Below are positions 13,914 to 26,700 of a stretch of 64,000 bases of DNA, piece after piece. Each line of letters opens with the position of its first letter. Positions within the stretch are counted from its first letter, which is position 1. The DNA is from Raja brachyura. Its lineage: Eukaryota. A program made the translations under genes and the position numbers. The stretch spans positions 10,912,001 to 10,976,000 of the forward strand of contig OY740785.1 in NCBI GenBank assembly GCA_963514005.1, in the 5' to 3' direction. The notes under the pieces were generated by a model. The model did not search any database and was not told the DNA's origin. It saw only the letters and a list, made by a program, of their open reading frames with translations.

Positions 13914-14350
13914 TCTCTATAATTATAAAACCCTGATCGTGGATGTTTGTGCGCGTGTGTGTGTGTGTATATATAATCACATCTTCTCGAAAAAACGATG
14001 TGCTAACGATAAAATGTTTACATATTCCGGTAGTGATTTATCCCGTCAACTCTGAAATCGTCTAATATGAAAAATTCATGCATTATTTCTCGAGTTATTA
14101 ATCTCCCCCCCACTCTCTCCCCCTTCCCCCCCTCTCTCCACCCTTTCTCCCCCCTCTCTCTCCCCTCCCCCCCCGTGAGTTGGGGGCTATGCGTGAGTAG
14201 ATATGGCGGGGGATGGGGTAAAAGGAGCGAATTAATAATATTAATATAATATCAAGGGGGTGGTTAGTGTGTGTGTGTGTGGGGGGTGATTAGTGTGTGT
14301 GACGCCGCAGGACCCCCCCCCCCCCCCGCAACGGGTCCCACTTGGTCTAG
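13914..14350 (+). mobile_element. Non-autonomous Helitron (inner element)
   Basis: A|TC 5' end and CTAG|T 3' end, no TSD; 3' end gggtcccacttggtctag shared with 39994-40940. Confidence 0.8.
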
Positions 14351-15020
14351 TATAGTACTAAAACACTCTCTTCGTCTTCTTTGTGGCTGTCTGTGTCAAT
14401 CAGCCTTCCCATTTTCACACATCCTAATCACATTTTATCCCTCGACGCGATAAACATATTCCTGTCGCATTCCAACTTATATTTCCAAAGTTTTTAAAGT
14501 TTTAATCGTTTAAAGTTTTTAAAACAGACCAAACTCATCCTTTTTCCGACCGAATGACGTCACAATGCACTCTCCAGCATTCGAAAAGCTTTTCAGATTT
14601 TCAAAAATCTCTGGGAGGGAGCGGTACTCCAGCACTCCAATGACAGTTCGCAAAGCAGGACAGGCCACTCTGGCCGAGTGACGTCACAATGCACTGTGGA
14701 GATGCCCCCTCCCTATCTACCCTCACTCCCACCCTCTGTACCCCCCTTCCTCTCTGCCCCTCTTCCTACCTCCCTCCCTCTACCCTCCCTCTCTAATCCC
14801 TTCCCCTCACTCTCCCTCTCTACCCCCTCCCACTCCCTCTCTACCCCCTCCACTCCCTCTCTACCCCCCTCCACTCCCTCTCTACCCCCCTCCTCTCTCT
14901 CTCTACCCCCTTCTCTCTCTCTACCCCCTCCCTCTCTCTCTATCCCATCCCTCTCTCTCTCTACCCCCTCCCTCTCTAGGGATTGAAGAGGGAGGGTGAA
15001 GAGGAGGAGGAGGGAGTGCC
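14351..15020 (+). mobile_element. Second non-autonomous Helitron (outer element, 3' end not found) with a CT-rich low-complexity tract at ~14705-14978
   Basis: tactaaaacactc...ccattttcacacat...ccctcga.gcgataaa matches the 5' part of the Helitron at 39994-40940. Confidence 0.7.
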
Positions 15021-15214
15021 TATTTCAGTGCTGTACAATTCTTATTCTAGGATCTGGTTGTCACTGCCAAGACTAGCACTTATTGTCTCTCCTTGCGAGG
15101 TGGTGATGAGGTATCAATTTGGTATATCCCCAAGCTCTTTGGCCCCAGGTAAAATGAACCTAGACGTATCTGTTCTTTCTCCACATGTGAAACTCTTCAT
15201 CCTATGCATCATTT

Positions 15215-16070
15215 TGATGAATTACCTCTGCACCCTCTCCAGTGCAATCACAGCTGCCTTGTAGCCTGGCGATCAGAACTGCACACAATACCCGAGCCAT
15301 ACATTTGTTTATATCGATGTACCATTACCTCCCTGTTTTTGTATTCTTGCTGGCCAATGAAAGCAATGCATTCTTAATTATCTCTGCTTCATGTATCCTT
15401 GGACTTGTACACTGAGGTCCTTCTGTTCTCAAACATTCCCTCTGGTTATACCATTCATTGTGTATGTCCTAACCTTGCTCATCCTCCCAAAGTGTATCAC
15501 ATCACACTTAACTGGAATAAATTCTGTCTGGCATTGCTCGGTTTGATTTATCAATTCATCATTATGATCCTGTTGACACACTATACCCCTCCATGATAAC
15601 AACCACCAATGTTTGTCATTTGGAAGTTGATCATAACTTCTACACTGACATCTAAATATTTTCTGTACACAACTAACAATAATGATCTGAGCATTGATCC
15701 CTGTGGTAGACTTCTAGTTACAGGTTTCCAATGACAAAAGCAACCCTTCACCTCATCAGCCTCACCCTCTTATTACCAAAACAATGTTGCCAACCTGCTA
15801 CAGTTCACATGGCTTCTAACCCTTTCCATGAGGGACCTTGTCAAAGAGGCCTTATTGAAGTCTGTGCAGGCTACATCAATCACACTGACATCCATATGTT
15901 TTGGCCAGACAGGATCTCCACAAAAATGAAGCTCACGGTCTTTGATCTATTCTTTTCCAAGTGTAAATTAACCTGATTTGCCAGAACATTTCCCAATAAC
16001 TTCACTGCCCATGACATCACACTCACTGGCATCTAATTACCCGGCTGAGTCCTGCTGCCATTCTTGAATA
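15215..16070 (-). mobile_element. Old CR1 LINE fragment
   Basis: Degenerate RT region motifs (cagaactgcacacaatac, ttccatgagggaccttgtcaaa). Confidence 0.65.
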
Positions 16071-16725
16071 TCTCCTAATTTTGTGCGGGGTTGGAATGCT
16101 GTCGGGGTGGAGGCACTTTGCCATTTTGCGCCAGCTTCCAGCATCTACAGTCTGTTTTATTATTTGGCTTTTCTGGATGAATATGGTTGTGAATACTCCA
16201 GCCTTTTCTCCGGCAGCCTTGCATTGCTAAGGATGTGTATGCACATGGAGTCTCTTTCTCCCTTGAGCAGTTTAATTATCCACCGTCATCCTCAACTAGG
16301 ATAAGATTAGGATTGAAGGTTCAAACTGATCAGCTGGTTGTCAGATTATTTAGTTCAGCCTATTGCAAGCTATTTTTGCTGTTGATCATGCATGCAAGTC
16401 CGGTATTGTGGATCAACTAGGCTGACATTTTATCATTTCTTGGTCAGCCTTTTGCAGTTTCAGCATGCTCTTCTGCACTCATTGAACCAGTGTTGATCTG
16501 CTGACTTGATAATGAGTCAGTGAAGGCCATGAGGTGAAAATGTTGTGATGGTATAGTTTATGTCAATGGTTCATAGCACCTCCTGCATGCCCAGATATCA
16601 AAATATTGTGAATCTTATCCTATATACTCAATTGTAGTGTTAGGTGGGGGAGGGCTTGGAGGAAGTTTGCTTTTAAGTGGTGGCTGCTATGCTCTCTAAA
16701 ACAAATGTTATCTTGTTTATTACAG

Positions 16726-16828
16726 GGATAGAGACTGGAGGAGTGGTTTTGAAAGATCCACACAGTTTGTCTGAAATACAAACTTCAGCTCCAATCTCGC
16801 TGCAGTGTCACATTAATGGACACCCCCG
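16726..16828 (+). CDS. PTK7: PTK7 exon 3 (Ig2 N-half)
   Basis: ttattacAG / GTATGC; (W)IETGGVVLKDP...ISLQCHINGHPR; 103 nt, phase 1 to 2. Confidence 0.95.
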
Positions 16829-17444
16829 GTATGCTGCTCATTGCTATACTGAATTACTCCAGCATTTGTAAAAATTAGGTGGTTTCAACAGTTTATTTGT
16901 GATGCAAGGCTGTATTCAGTGAGGGACAGCCTCATAAAGTCAGTTAGCCATAGTGAAGTCACTTCTAGATAAAAAATAATCTACATTGATAAATTATTTT
17001 AACAATCTAAACATTTTCCAAGTGAATAACCTCTGCATTTAACCACCATTTACACACTGGTTGATGGTATTATCTCTTTTGAGTTCCTTGATGATCTCGG
17101 CTTGCATGTCACATAATGCTTGTCATGTAGCAGCTGCAGATTTTTCAGTTTCATCTTTTTGTTAATTCATGGCAGCAATATTGTAACATAAGTTAAATGC
17201 CACTCATTTGCAGCGCTTTTGGCCTAGTGGTATGAGTAAGATTTTTTTTTATTGTATTGACCAACTTTAGTTTTGTCAATTCTGTGGGTGCAATTGTTGG
17301 TATGAAACTAGAACATTTGCTTTGAGAATAATCCAAATTGCAAAATGACAATTTTTTTTGTATGTTTAACTTGAGACTTTATTACAGTCTTAAAAACTCA
17401 TCTAGCTCGATCTGGTCAAAAGTTTTATGCAAACTCGTGACTAT

Positions 17445-17745
17445 GGTGGCACAATGGCGTAGCAGTACAGTTGCTGCCTTACAGCACCAGAGACCCAGGT
17501 TCAATCCTGACTACGGTTGCTGTCTGTATGGAGTTTGTACGTTCTCCCTGTGATCACATGGATTTTCTCCGGTTTTCTCCCACACTCCAAAGATGTACTA
17601 GTTTGTAGGTTAATTGGCTTTGGTAAAATTGTAAATTGTCCCTAGTGTGTAGGATAATGCTAGTATATGGAGTGATTGTTAGTTGGCGTCAATGGGCCAA
17701 AGGGCCTGTTTCTGCGCTGTAACTCTAAAGTTTAAAGTAAAGTCT
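17445..17745 (+). mobile_element. HE1-like V-SINE (tRNA-derived)
   Basis: A box ggtggcacaatggcgtagc, B box ggttcaatcc, V core gtctgtatggagtttgtacgttctccc, CR1-like tail gggcctgtttctgcgctgt. Confidence 0.85.
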
Positions 17746-17908
17746 AAGATAAACCCGATTGGTTAACATTCTACCCTCTACATCAATGAAATACGAGATA
17801 ACCTTACAGTATGTCCATTGCGAATCACAAATGGTTCCACACCATCTCTCACACATAATCCAGAGCTTTGGACTAATGATCTGGAGAGAACAAGTTGAAT
17901 CTCTTCTT

Positions 17909-18088
17909 GTGTAGGAAGGAACTGCAGATGCTGGTTTAAACCGAAGATGGACACAAAAAGTTGGAGTAACTCAGTGGGACAGGCAGCATCTCTGGAGAGA
18001 AGGAATGTGTGATGTTTTGCACCCTAAACATCACCCATTCCTTCTCTCCAGAGATGCTGCCTGTCCTGTTGAGTTACTCCAGCTTTCT
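17909..18088. repeat. Penelope-type terminal repeat arranged as an inverted pair
   Basis: aactgcagatgctgg..ggagtaactcag..ggcagcatctctggagagaagg followed by its reverse complement. Same family at ~6705-6905, 7865-7955, 27605-27745, 30985-31170, 34680-34780, 43545-43665 and 45575-45795. Confidence 0.7.
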
Positions 18089-20299
18089 CAATCTCTTCTT
18101 GACAGCTGAGGAACTTAAATGCAGCCAATTACGTCATAAGTGAATAAAATCTGATTTTTGTATAACAAACTACCAGTTTGTTATACAAATAACCTCCGGA
18201 TCACATGATTTTAGAGCGAGAAATGCTACCATTGTTAGCTATTATAGCAAACGTTCAAATCCAGGCCACCATCACTAATTCCACCTCAAAATCTCAAATT
18301 ACTTCATCAAAATAGGACGTACGGACCCCTTGCACCAGCTGTGGCATCAGATTAGAACACAACAAAAACATTCTCAGCACAATTGATCTTGAAATGTCTA
18401 TTAAGTTAAATTATATTTTTGGTTTCTGACAAGTTTTATGTCCAATGTTTATTTACATTGTAGTCCAGCTGCACATTTGCCATGTAGCAATCTTCATTTT
18501 CCTAGCCAGGCATTTAGTGTCAATATTTCGATTACATTTAAGCTACGGAAACCTGTAATACAGTTATATATTTGTAACCTGGAGCTGAGAAGAATTATTT
18601 TGAACCTCCCCATCCAATTGAACAGCATTAATTATAACTCTTTGATCAAGCTTTAATATAACAACTATTCCAAGTTGCCGCACTGACATAACTCCATCGG
18701 AAATAGTAGAGATAGTTTAAAGTAGCTGGAGTAGAACTTGAGATTAAACAGGAATTGCAAAGGTGACTTTGTTCAAAAAGAGTTAACGGTGAAACCAACA
18801 GAAGGAAAAATAAGAACAATTGGGGAAAAAAGTGGTTCCTTGAGTCTGCCCTATTATTTAACAATATCATGATCTGATTTGTCGTCTCAACTCTACCATG
18901 TCAACTCATTCCAGTCTACCATGGTAAACTTAATGACCCACTTTATTACCAAGAATTTAGTCAACTATGCCTTAGACAGTCAATTTTTATATAATCTACA
19001 TCCTTCCATCTTTCTTTGATGTTTGAATAAAAATTAATACATGCCATTTAAAAAAAAACTAAGCACCAGAAATTAGTCCTGTAGTACCCAACTGGTAAAC
19101 AGGCTAGGAGTCATAAAATCACCCTTCAACAGTTTTCTTCTTTTCAGGACCAACTGGATTTAATCTGCCATGCTCCTGGGTCTTTGGCCGTTTACTTGCA
19201 TGACTAACCTGCCCTGTGGAATTTGTCAAAAGCTTTGATTAAAATCCCCTGTACATTACATCAGACTCACCCCACTAGGTAGAAACAATATTATATCTGT
19301 GGTTTGTGCACAAGCACACTGACTGTGTATGAGTTGTCAATGGTGCAACTTGAGTATAGAATAGAATTGAAGGAAGCACAGGATGGAACCATGGGTCATT
19401 CGCGCAGGCAGGACTGCAGGAGAAGCCATTGACGACAAGTATAAAATACAATATGATAGGAAAAAATACACAATGAAGAACAATCTAGTTAACTGAGCTG
19501 AGCATGTTGAGAAATCGAGACCTTGGATATTACGCACTGCCCTTTGATCAAAGTTGGCAATATCTTCCGTAATGAGTAAAATGGGTAGATGGAAATGGTT
19601 GGAGAAGGCCAACAGGTTGAACCTCAATATTGTGAGAGGATTATTTCTCACACTGCGCTAGGTAAAGCTTTGCGTCTTCAGTTGGATTGGATCAGTAAAA
19701 CTATTCCCAGAATATTAAGTTTCACGCCATAAAATTAGATGAAAAAATTAACTACAGAAAAGTAAAATAGACTCTGTTGATTATAGAGTAAAAGGAGTAC
19801 AAGTTAAAACTGGTAAGCCAAATTTAGGAATATAGCCAAAGAGTTCCTTGCAGAGTGATTAACATATAGAATACGCCTCCATATAAAGTAACACCCAGCC
19901 ATTGTTGGGGAAGAAAAAAACAGTTTGGTTGCTTTGTTGAGTAACTGAGGTGCTAGTGAGGCATCAAAATAACGACAGGTTTTGGTGAGGTAAATAGAAA
20001 GAGGCCATTGGCCGAAGAATAGCTTCTCAGTCGTCAAGCACAAAAACAGGCACCGGCCCACTAGGTCCATGTCAACTCAAGTAATTAACTGTATTCATCC
20101 TGTTTGCCAACACTTTTATTTTGCCTTCCATCACAGTGAGGAATGTGGAGGCGTCACTGTGGTGGATGTTAATGTTAAAATGTATTTTGTATGTTCCGTT
20201 GCTTTTTATTTGTATGACTGACTTGGCAAATTAAATTCCTCGTATGTTGCAAAACATACTTGGCTAATAAAGTATCATTGTGATTATGGGGATTGTGAT

Positions 20300-21410
20300 A
20301 ATCTGTGACCACGTATGCCTTAATGATTTAAGTGTTTATCTCAAAGCTAAAATGTAATGAGTACCTGCCCACACCACTTCCTTGTGTAGTGAAGAGTACC
20401 TGCTTCCATCCTCCTTTGGGAAGTGCGTGCAGATTCCAATCACCCGCTTGAATGAAATGTTATTCTTTGGCTTCCCTATATATCTCTCTTTACCCTATAT
20501 CTATGCCTTCTCATTTTAGCTACCCCTGCAAGGGTGAAAATTTAATATATTCACCCTTTCAGTGCATTTCATCTTACAATACGACTATCGGGTCCCCCCC
20601 TTAGCCTCTTCCCCTCCATGAAATCTACCCAATCCCATAACTGAAACACTATCCCAGGCAACATCCTGTGTTGGGTAAATTTCCTGTGCACCCTCTCCAA
20701 TGCAATCATGTGGCAACCATACATGCACAGTGTTCTATCTGTGGCATAAGCAATGTTTTATAACGTTATATCATAACCTTCCTGCATTGTATTCAATTTT
20801 CTGACTAATGAGTGCTTATATTCCACATGCGTTCTGCACCACACTGTAGACCTGTGCTGCCATCTTTAGATTCTTGGGCTCGTGCGCCAAGGACCCGTGT
20901 TTCTTAAGACTCCCTGGATTTATTTTATAATTCAATGATAAGGAAGGGAATTGCAAAACTTTTGAATTGATTATGGTCCATGGTGTTAAACAAGTTACCT
21001 GGGGCACACCCTTTGGGTGTCTAAGTGCAGTCAAGAACCAACATGCTTTCCATTTTACTACTCATCTATATTAATTTCCAATGTCAAACATTCAAAATCA
21101 AGAACTTAAAAACAACAGTACCGTGTTGAGTTATGAATGATCGTATCATCAAATAACCATTCCTGTACTGGGGGAGGTGTAGCTGTGAATTGACAATGAA
21201 ACATAGCATCTTCCTCCTTATTCACAATCTGGTCACCATTCACTAACTCTGGCCTAACATTATTAGTCCCACCATCGTGCACTGACTTGCTCTTATCAGG
21301 ATTAAGTTCCATCTGACATTGTTCTGTCCATTTTACCAAATCCTCCTAACGATAAAGTGCAGCACCAACTTGGGGCCTTGTGGAACCTTGTCAAGGACCT
21401 TTGTGAACAC
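20300..21410 (-). mobile_element. Old CR1 LINE fragment split by the exon-5 inverted copy
   Basis: CR1 sequence runs to ..aagactccctgga (20918) and resumes at accattcact..ggattaagttccatctgaca (21235), encoding KWTEQCQMELNPDK. Confidence 0.75.
20921..21234 (-). pseudogene. Inverted partial duplicate of PTK7 exon 5 plus the start of intron 5, lying in intron 3
   Basis: Reverse complement aligns by hand to 26930-27244 with about 14 substitutions and 2 single-base indels; minus ORF 21106..21339 contains DQIVNKEEDAMFHCQFTATPPPVQEWLFDD. Confidence 0.95.
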
Positions 21411-22022
21411 CTTGTAATTAATTTTTCATCTACAACTAATTAGTTATATAATGGAGAGAAAGAGTTATGGGTGCAGATTGATTTGAGAATTTTTCAAGAA
21501 ATTGGATCAATACTCAAAAGTAATCAAAACCTCCGGGAAGAGCAGGAGACTGGGACTCACTGGATTGCCTCACCACAAGTGAATACAAACTCTGGTCCAA
21601 ATGACTGCATCTGTGCCATAATAATTCCAATTGTTATTCTAAATATTATTATGGCCTCAGATTGGTAGTAGTTCCTAAACCAACATTTCATTTTTATATG
21701 GTGGTTCACAGTGACAGTAGGGAATGTACGGTGTCACTAACTCTTGATATCAAGTATCCGGCTTTCTCTACAAGTTCCAGGCGACTCTCATCTTCAAACA
21801 GAAATTTGTAATTGCCTACTATCAAGAAAAATCTCCTTCATAGTGTTTATCTTAAATGCATTTCTTTTCTGCAGTTGGCGTGTTACTATGTTGATTATTT
21901 ATTTAAACCAACTGAAATAGTTCAGGAGCATGTTGTAACGTGATATTTTTCTAGCACCATTCTGATCCAAATCTTGTTTTTCATATATTCCTTGTCTTGT
22001 TTTATTCCTCCCCGCATTTTAG

Positions 22023-22210
22023 TCCAAGCTGGCAGTGGTTCAGAGATGGCAGTCATTTGACAGATACAAATCATTATACATTTAACACCAGAGAGCACAG
22101 TTTGACCATAAAAAGTGCCAGTCCTGATGATAATGGTGTCTACTACTGCTGTGCAAAGAACGCAGTTGGAAATGTTTGCAGCAATGATAACTTCACACTA
22201 ATGATAATTG
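22023..22210 (+). CDS. PTK7: PTK7 exon 4 (Ig2 C-half)
   Basis: cattttAG / GTAAGT; PSWQWFRDG...SASPDDNGVYYCCAKNAVGNVCSNDNFTLMII; 188 nt, phase 2 to 1. Confidence 0.95.
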
Positions 22211-23289
22211 GTAAGTAGTGAACCTTGAACCAGATAACTGCTGTGAATCAATTTTAGTTGCAGGATATGTTATTAATATCTATATATAAACTGACAAAAA
22301 CACCAATAGCTTTCACCATTATGTTGAAAATAATAAGAGCTTACCATTTGGTTAATGGACATAAATGCAGATAAGAACATTGAATAAGGCAAATCAAATG
22401 GTTGATTAATTTGCAGAGATAATGGGATAAATCTTCACGGAAAACCAATTAGAAGTATGGTAGTGATAAAGCAGCTAAATACCAGTGTCTTGGATAAATA
22501 ATGGAATTTAGACTGTTAACAATGTGGAATTTGGAACAACAAAAACTAGTCTTAATAAAGATGACCACAGAAACCATTAAATAGTTGAAATAAATCTGGT
22601 TTACTCTTGTCCTTCATAGGAGGATATCTATGAGAATGTCATCTTTATCCAGTTTGTCCAATATGTCGTTCCACAAGGTACCCTCGTATGTCACCAGACT
22701 ATTTTTTAGTCAATTAGGTATTCTGAAAATCTGGGGCTTCATAATCAGCTTTCTTTATGCCAGGTGTTTTTTCCAGGTTTTCAAAACTGAATTCAGTGTT
22801 GGGTAAAATTTGACCATGTTTTATGTATTCTCTCTCCAGCCCTCTATATTAGCTTAATTGCCAAAACACTGCACTATCGTACCTTTTGTGAGCCTATTTG
22901 TTTCTCCTGCTGTAGTCCTGGAAGAGGTCTGCTTACAAATTCCCCATTTTGCCACCCCCTCCATTATAGTTGACTTTGTTGGCTCAATATCCACTTATGT
23001 CCCTTTACATTTTGTTGAAGTATCTTGGAACTCAGTTTCTACATAAGCAGACTCACCACAAAGTACTATTGCTAAAGCTATTTCATGAAAAAGGCCAAAA
23101 GCGATACAATTCAAAGGGGCTCTTTGTATCTCCCATTATACCTGTAACAAATATAATTTGTTTCCCTCTGTGTCACTGAAATTAAGTCAGACTTTGTTGT
23201 GTATGAACTGTGAGCAACCATTGTTTCATAATATAGGCACAATAGATGGCCAGGGGACTGCTACCTGGATATTGCATGTTCTAACCATC

Positions 23290-24780
23290 TCCTAGGAAAA
23301 GTCATAATTATAGAGGACAGAAACATGAACCTGTTCAATGTATTTTAAACATTATTATTGTATCCTCTCCCTGCCACTCCTTCTGGCAGCTCATTCCATA
23401 TATTTACCACATTTGGTATGCAAACCTTGCCCCTTGGGGCCACTTTAAATCTATCCTTCTCACCTTAAACCAGTGTCCTCTTGTTTTCTTCTCCCCTGCC
23501 CATATGACCATCCGCTCATCATGATTTTATAAATCTCTATAAAGTTACTCTTCAGCCACCCACACTTGAGGGAATGTGTAGGAAAGAACTGCAGACACTG
23601 GTTGAAATTGAAGATAGACACAAAATGCTGGAGTAACTCAGCAAGGCAGCATCTCTGGAGAGAAGGAATGGGTGACATTTTGGGACAAGACCCTTCTTCA
23701 GACTGAAGTCATGGGAGTGTAAGCTGAACTCTCGTCAGAGAGAGGAGGAGAACTTCTTCAAAGTAGACACACCTTGAGGAGATCTCGCAGTGAAGCAGAC
23801 ATAAAGTGTAGGAAAGAATTGTAGATGCTGGTTTAAATCGAAGATAGACACAAAATGCTGGAGCAACTCAGCGGGACAGGCAGCATCTCTGGAGAGAAGT
23901 AATGGGTGATGATTTGGGTCGAGACCCTTCTTCAGACAGGGGAGTGTCTCAGCCTATGCAGTCCATCCAGTTAATCCTTATAACACAAGTCCACCCGTTA
24001 TGGCAATATTCTTGTGAATCTTTTCTGTGCCCTGTCTAGCTGAATCGCATCCTTCCTCTTGTGTGTTGAAGAAAGCTGCACATAATATTCCACGCGTGCT
24101 TTCACCAATATTGTGTCCTGACTCTTGTACTCAATGCCCCATCTGATGAAGGCAAACATCCCAAATGTCTTCCCAAATTTGTGTATCTGTGTCACTTGGT
24201 CTCTCTGTTTTACAATGCTCTCCAGGGCCCTGTTATTTTCTGCGCATTATTTGGCTTGATTTAACTTCCAAAATGCAACACGGTGCACTTTTCACAGCTG
24301 CCTTTTCTTTCCCAGTTAATCTAGATCATGTTGTAATCTTAAAGCAACCTTATTCACTGTCCAGCATACCACCAATTTTGATGTTGTGAGCTTACTTACT
24401 AATCATATCACCGACAATCGCATCTAGATCGTTAATATGTATGACAAACAACATGGGACTCGGCACCAAATCTTGCAGCACATCACGAGTCACAGGCCTC
24501 CAATCTGTAAGACATCCCTATAAAACCTCCCTCTCATTCCATCCACAGAGCAATTTTGTATCTAATTGGCTAGCTCGTCATGGATCCCATGTGATATCAC
24601 CTTCCGGACCAGCCTAACCATATGATATATTGTCAAAAACCTTGTTAAAGTCCATGCAGACAAAATCTTCTGCCTTGTTCTCATCAATCTTCTTGGTCGC
24701 CTCTTTAAAAAAAAACACATTCAAATTCGCAGACGTGATTTCCCACGCACAAAGCCATGCTGACTATCCCTCCTTAGTCC
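23290..24780 (-). mobile_element. CR1 LINE fragment with a Penelope-type partial tandem repeat inserted at ~23576-23937
   Basis: ORF remnants FIRWGIEYKSQD, LDRAQKRFTRILP; two direct copies of gtgtaggaaagaa..gacccttcttcagac about 230 bp apart. Confidence 0.8.
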
Positions 24781-25029
24781 AAAAGTTACAATAATACGCA
24801 TAATAATTTAGGAGACTAACTTATGTCTGTGACCTTATATGATTGAGATAGCTTAAGTTGTGATGCGTACCTGTATTGACCCTTTCACGATTGTTAGACC
24901 TAGATCACGTCACATTACAGCCTTTTCAAACGATAAGCTTATGCACCCATTTACTGAAGTTTAATTCTTGGTCCTAATTCAATTGTCCCACTTCCTACAG
25001 CCCATTGAGCCTCTGCTGGTTCTCAGACA

Positions 25030-25505
25030 TACTGTCCATCAGTGGATATTCTGTCCCTTGTGATGGAGAGATCAAGAAAAAGGGGGGAGAGGTGTCAGAG
25101 ATGGTCCAAGTGTATTTGAGGGCAGAATGGAAGTCAGTTAATGAAATCAACGAGTTCTGCACGGATGCAGGAAGCAGCCCCAATACAGTTGTCAATGTAG
25201 CAGAGAAAGAGTTGGGGGATGGTACCAGTGTACATTTGTAATGAGGACTCTTCGACGTAACCAACAAAAATAGCTGGGGCCCAAGTAGCCCATGGCTACA
25301 CCTGTAACTTGGAGAAAGTGAGAGGAGTCGAGGAGGAGTTGAGGGTGAGCACAAGTTCCACCAGGAGGAGGAAAGTGTTAAATTGAATGGGTCTCTGTTC
25401 AAGGAGGAACCAGAGGGTTTTGTGACCCTTGAGTCTGAAGAAGGGTCTTGGCCCGAAACATCGCCTATCCTTTTTCTCCAGAGATGCTGCCTGACCCGCT
25501 AAGTT
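25030..25505 (-). mobile_element. Penelope-like element RT fragment with an inverted terminal piece
   Basis: LTDFHSALKYTWTISDTSPPF resembles the Penelope RT motif FHPALKFTWTISDTSLPFLD; abuts a + strand hammerhead-bearing repeat at 25431-25505. Confidence 0.75.
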
Positions 25506-26203
25506 ACACCTTTCCTGCTAAGTATTCAAGAGGTTAGGGTTTATTTAGCTGTGATAATTCTGAAATTGAAAATCAACAGAGGCTGGGTTTTAAGTACAGG
25601 CAGAAACATTCTTGCTTATCAAGAATTTATTTATCTGCCTTAAAAATATTCAAAGAATCTACTTTGATTGCACTTTGAGGGAGAAAGTTGCAAGTCCTTA
25701 CAGCTACCTTCAATAAGTTTAGATTAATCTTCCCATTAAATGGGAATCCTTTATTTTTAAACAGTGTCCCCCTTTTCTAGATTTTTGAAAGGAACTATCC
25801 TCTCGATTCTACCCCCTCCCTAATTTATCTGCTGTCGGGGCTTTTTTTTTGCCTGCCCACCTTATCTCTTGTTGCCTTAAACACTTTTTCAAATCATCAC
25901 TTTCTATCTTGTACTATGTCATCCAGGTTTTCAATATGGTTCAATTGCTCCATCTCAGGTGTAACTCCAGTTAAAACAAAACAGAACAAAACAAAGTTGT
26001 GCCTGAAACTGATTCCATTATTCCACATAACGTCTAACAACAGTTGTATATAATCATAATTGTGTTTGCATTCTGCATCTCTCATGGTTACATTCTGCCT
26101 CATTTTATTTGAAACTGTGAGGAAACTTTTAATGTCTTTTCTACACTGGAATCCCTAAGTACCTTCACTTGCACCATATTGTGCTGGCATATATTCTGTA
26201 GAC

Positions 26204-26700
26204 CAAGGGTCAGCATCCTTGTTCTGCATAGGGGCTAGGACGCATGACTGTGAGTGGATGGCGGGCCACATCTACCACGTGTACACATGGATCCCGCCCC
26301 GGATGGCAGGCATCAAATCACATGTTCAAATAGATCCCGCCCCTTCGAGGACGCCAGCCGGAGCACTGACCCCGAGTTACTCATTGTCCCCGACCTATTG
26401 ACAGCCCCGATCACAACAGTGAAGCCCAGACACAGAAGGTGCGCGGCCGTGCCGGCGGCTTTGCGCAGGATGAGGTACGACCAGCACTCACCGCTGCTCG
26501 CCGGCTCCACCATTGTGGCCGCCAATACAGGCCTCCTTTCGCCACTGTGCCTGGGCACCGCAGCCTCGGGCCAGGGTGGTACCGGAGATGATGGAAGTCT
26601 GCGGGCCAGATGATTACAGAGAAAGAAATATGCCTGCGGGCTGGATGATTTTGGATTACGGGCCGCATTCGGCCCAGGGGCCGTAGGTTGCCGACCCCTG
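26204..26700. mobile_element. Non-autonomous hAT (Charlie-like) transposon
   Basis: TIRs caagggtcagcatcct / aggttgccgacccctg; 8 bp TSD ctgtagac (26196-26203) / ctgcagac (26701-26708). Confidence 0.85.

Noticed and set aside
14678-14986. Pro/Ser/Leu-rich ORF
   Set aside because: Translation of a CT-rich low-complexity tract inside a Helitron
17445-17520. tRNA gene
   Set aside because: The A and B boxes belong to a SINE head; no full cloverleaf
21106-21339. Minus-strand 77 aa ORF with Ig-like sequence as a separate antisense gene
   Set aside because: It is a chance fusion of CR1 RT codons and the inverted exon-5 copy. The copy lacks the exon's acceptor and first 35 nt.
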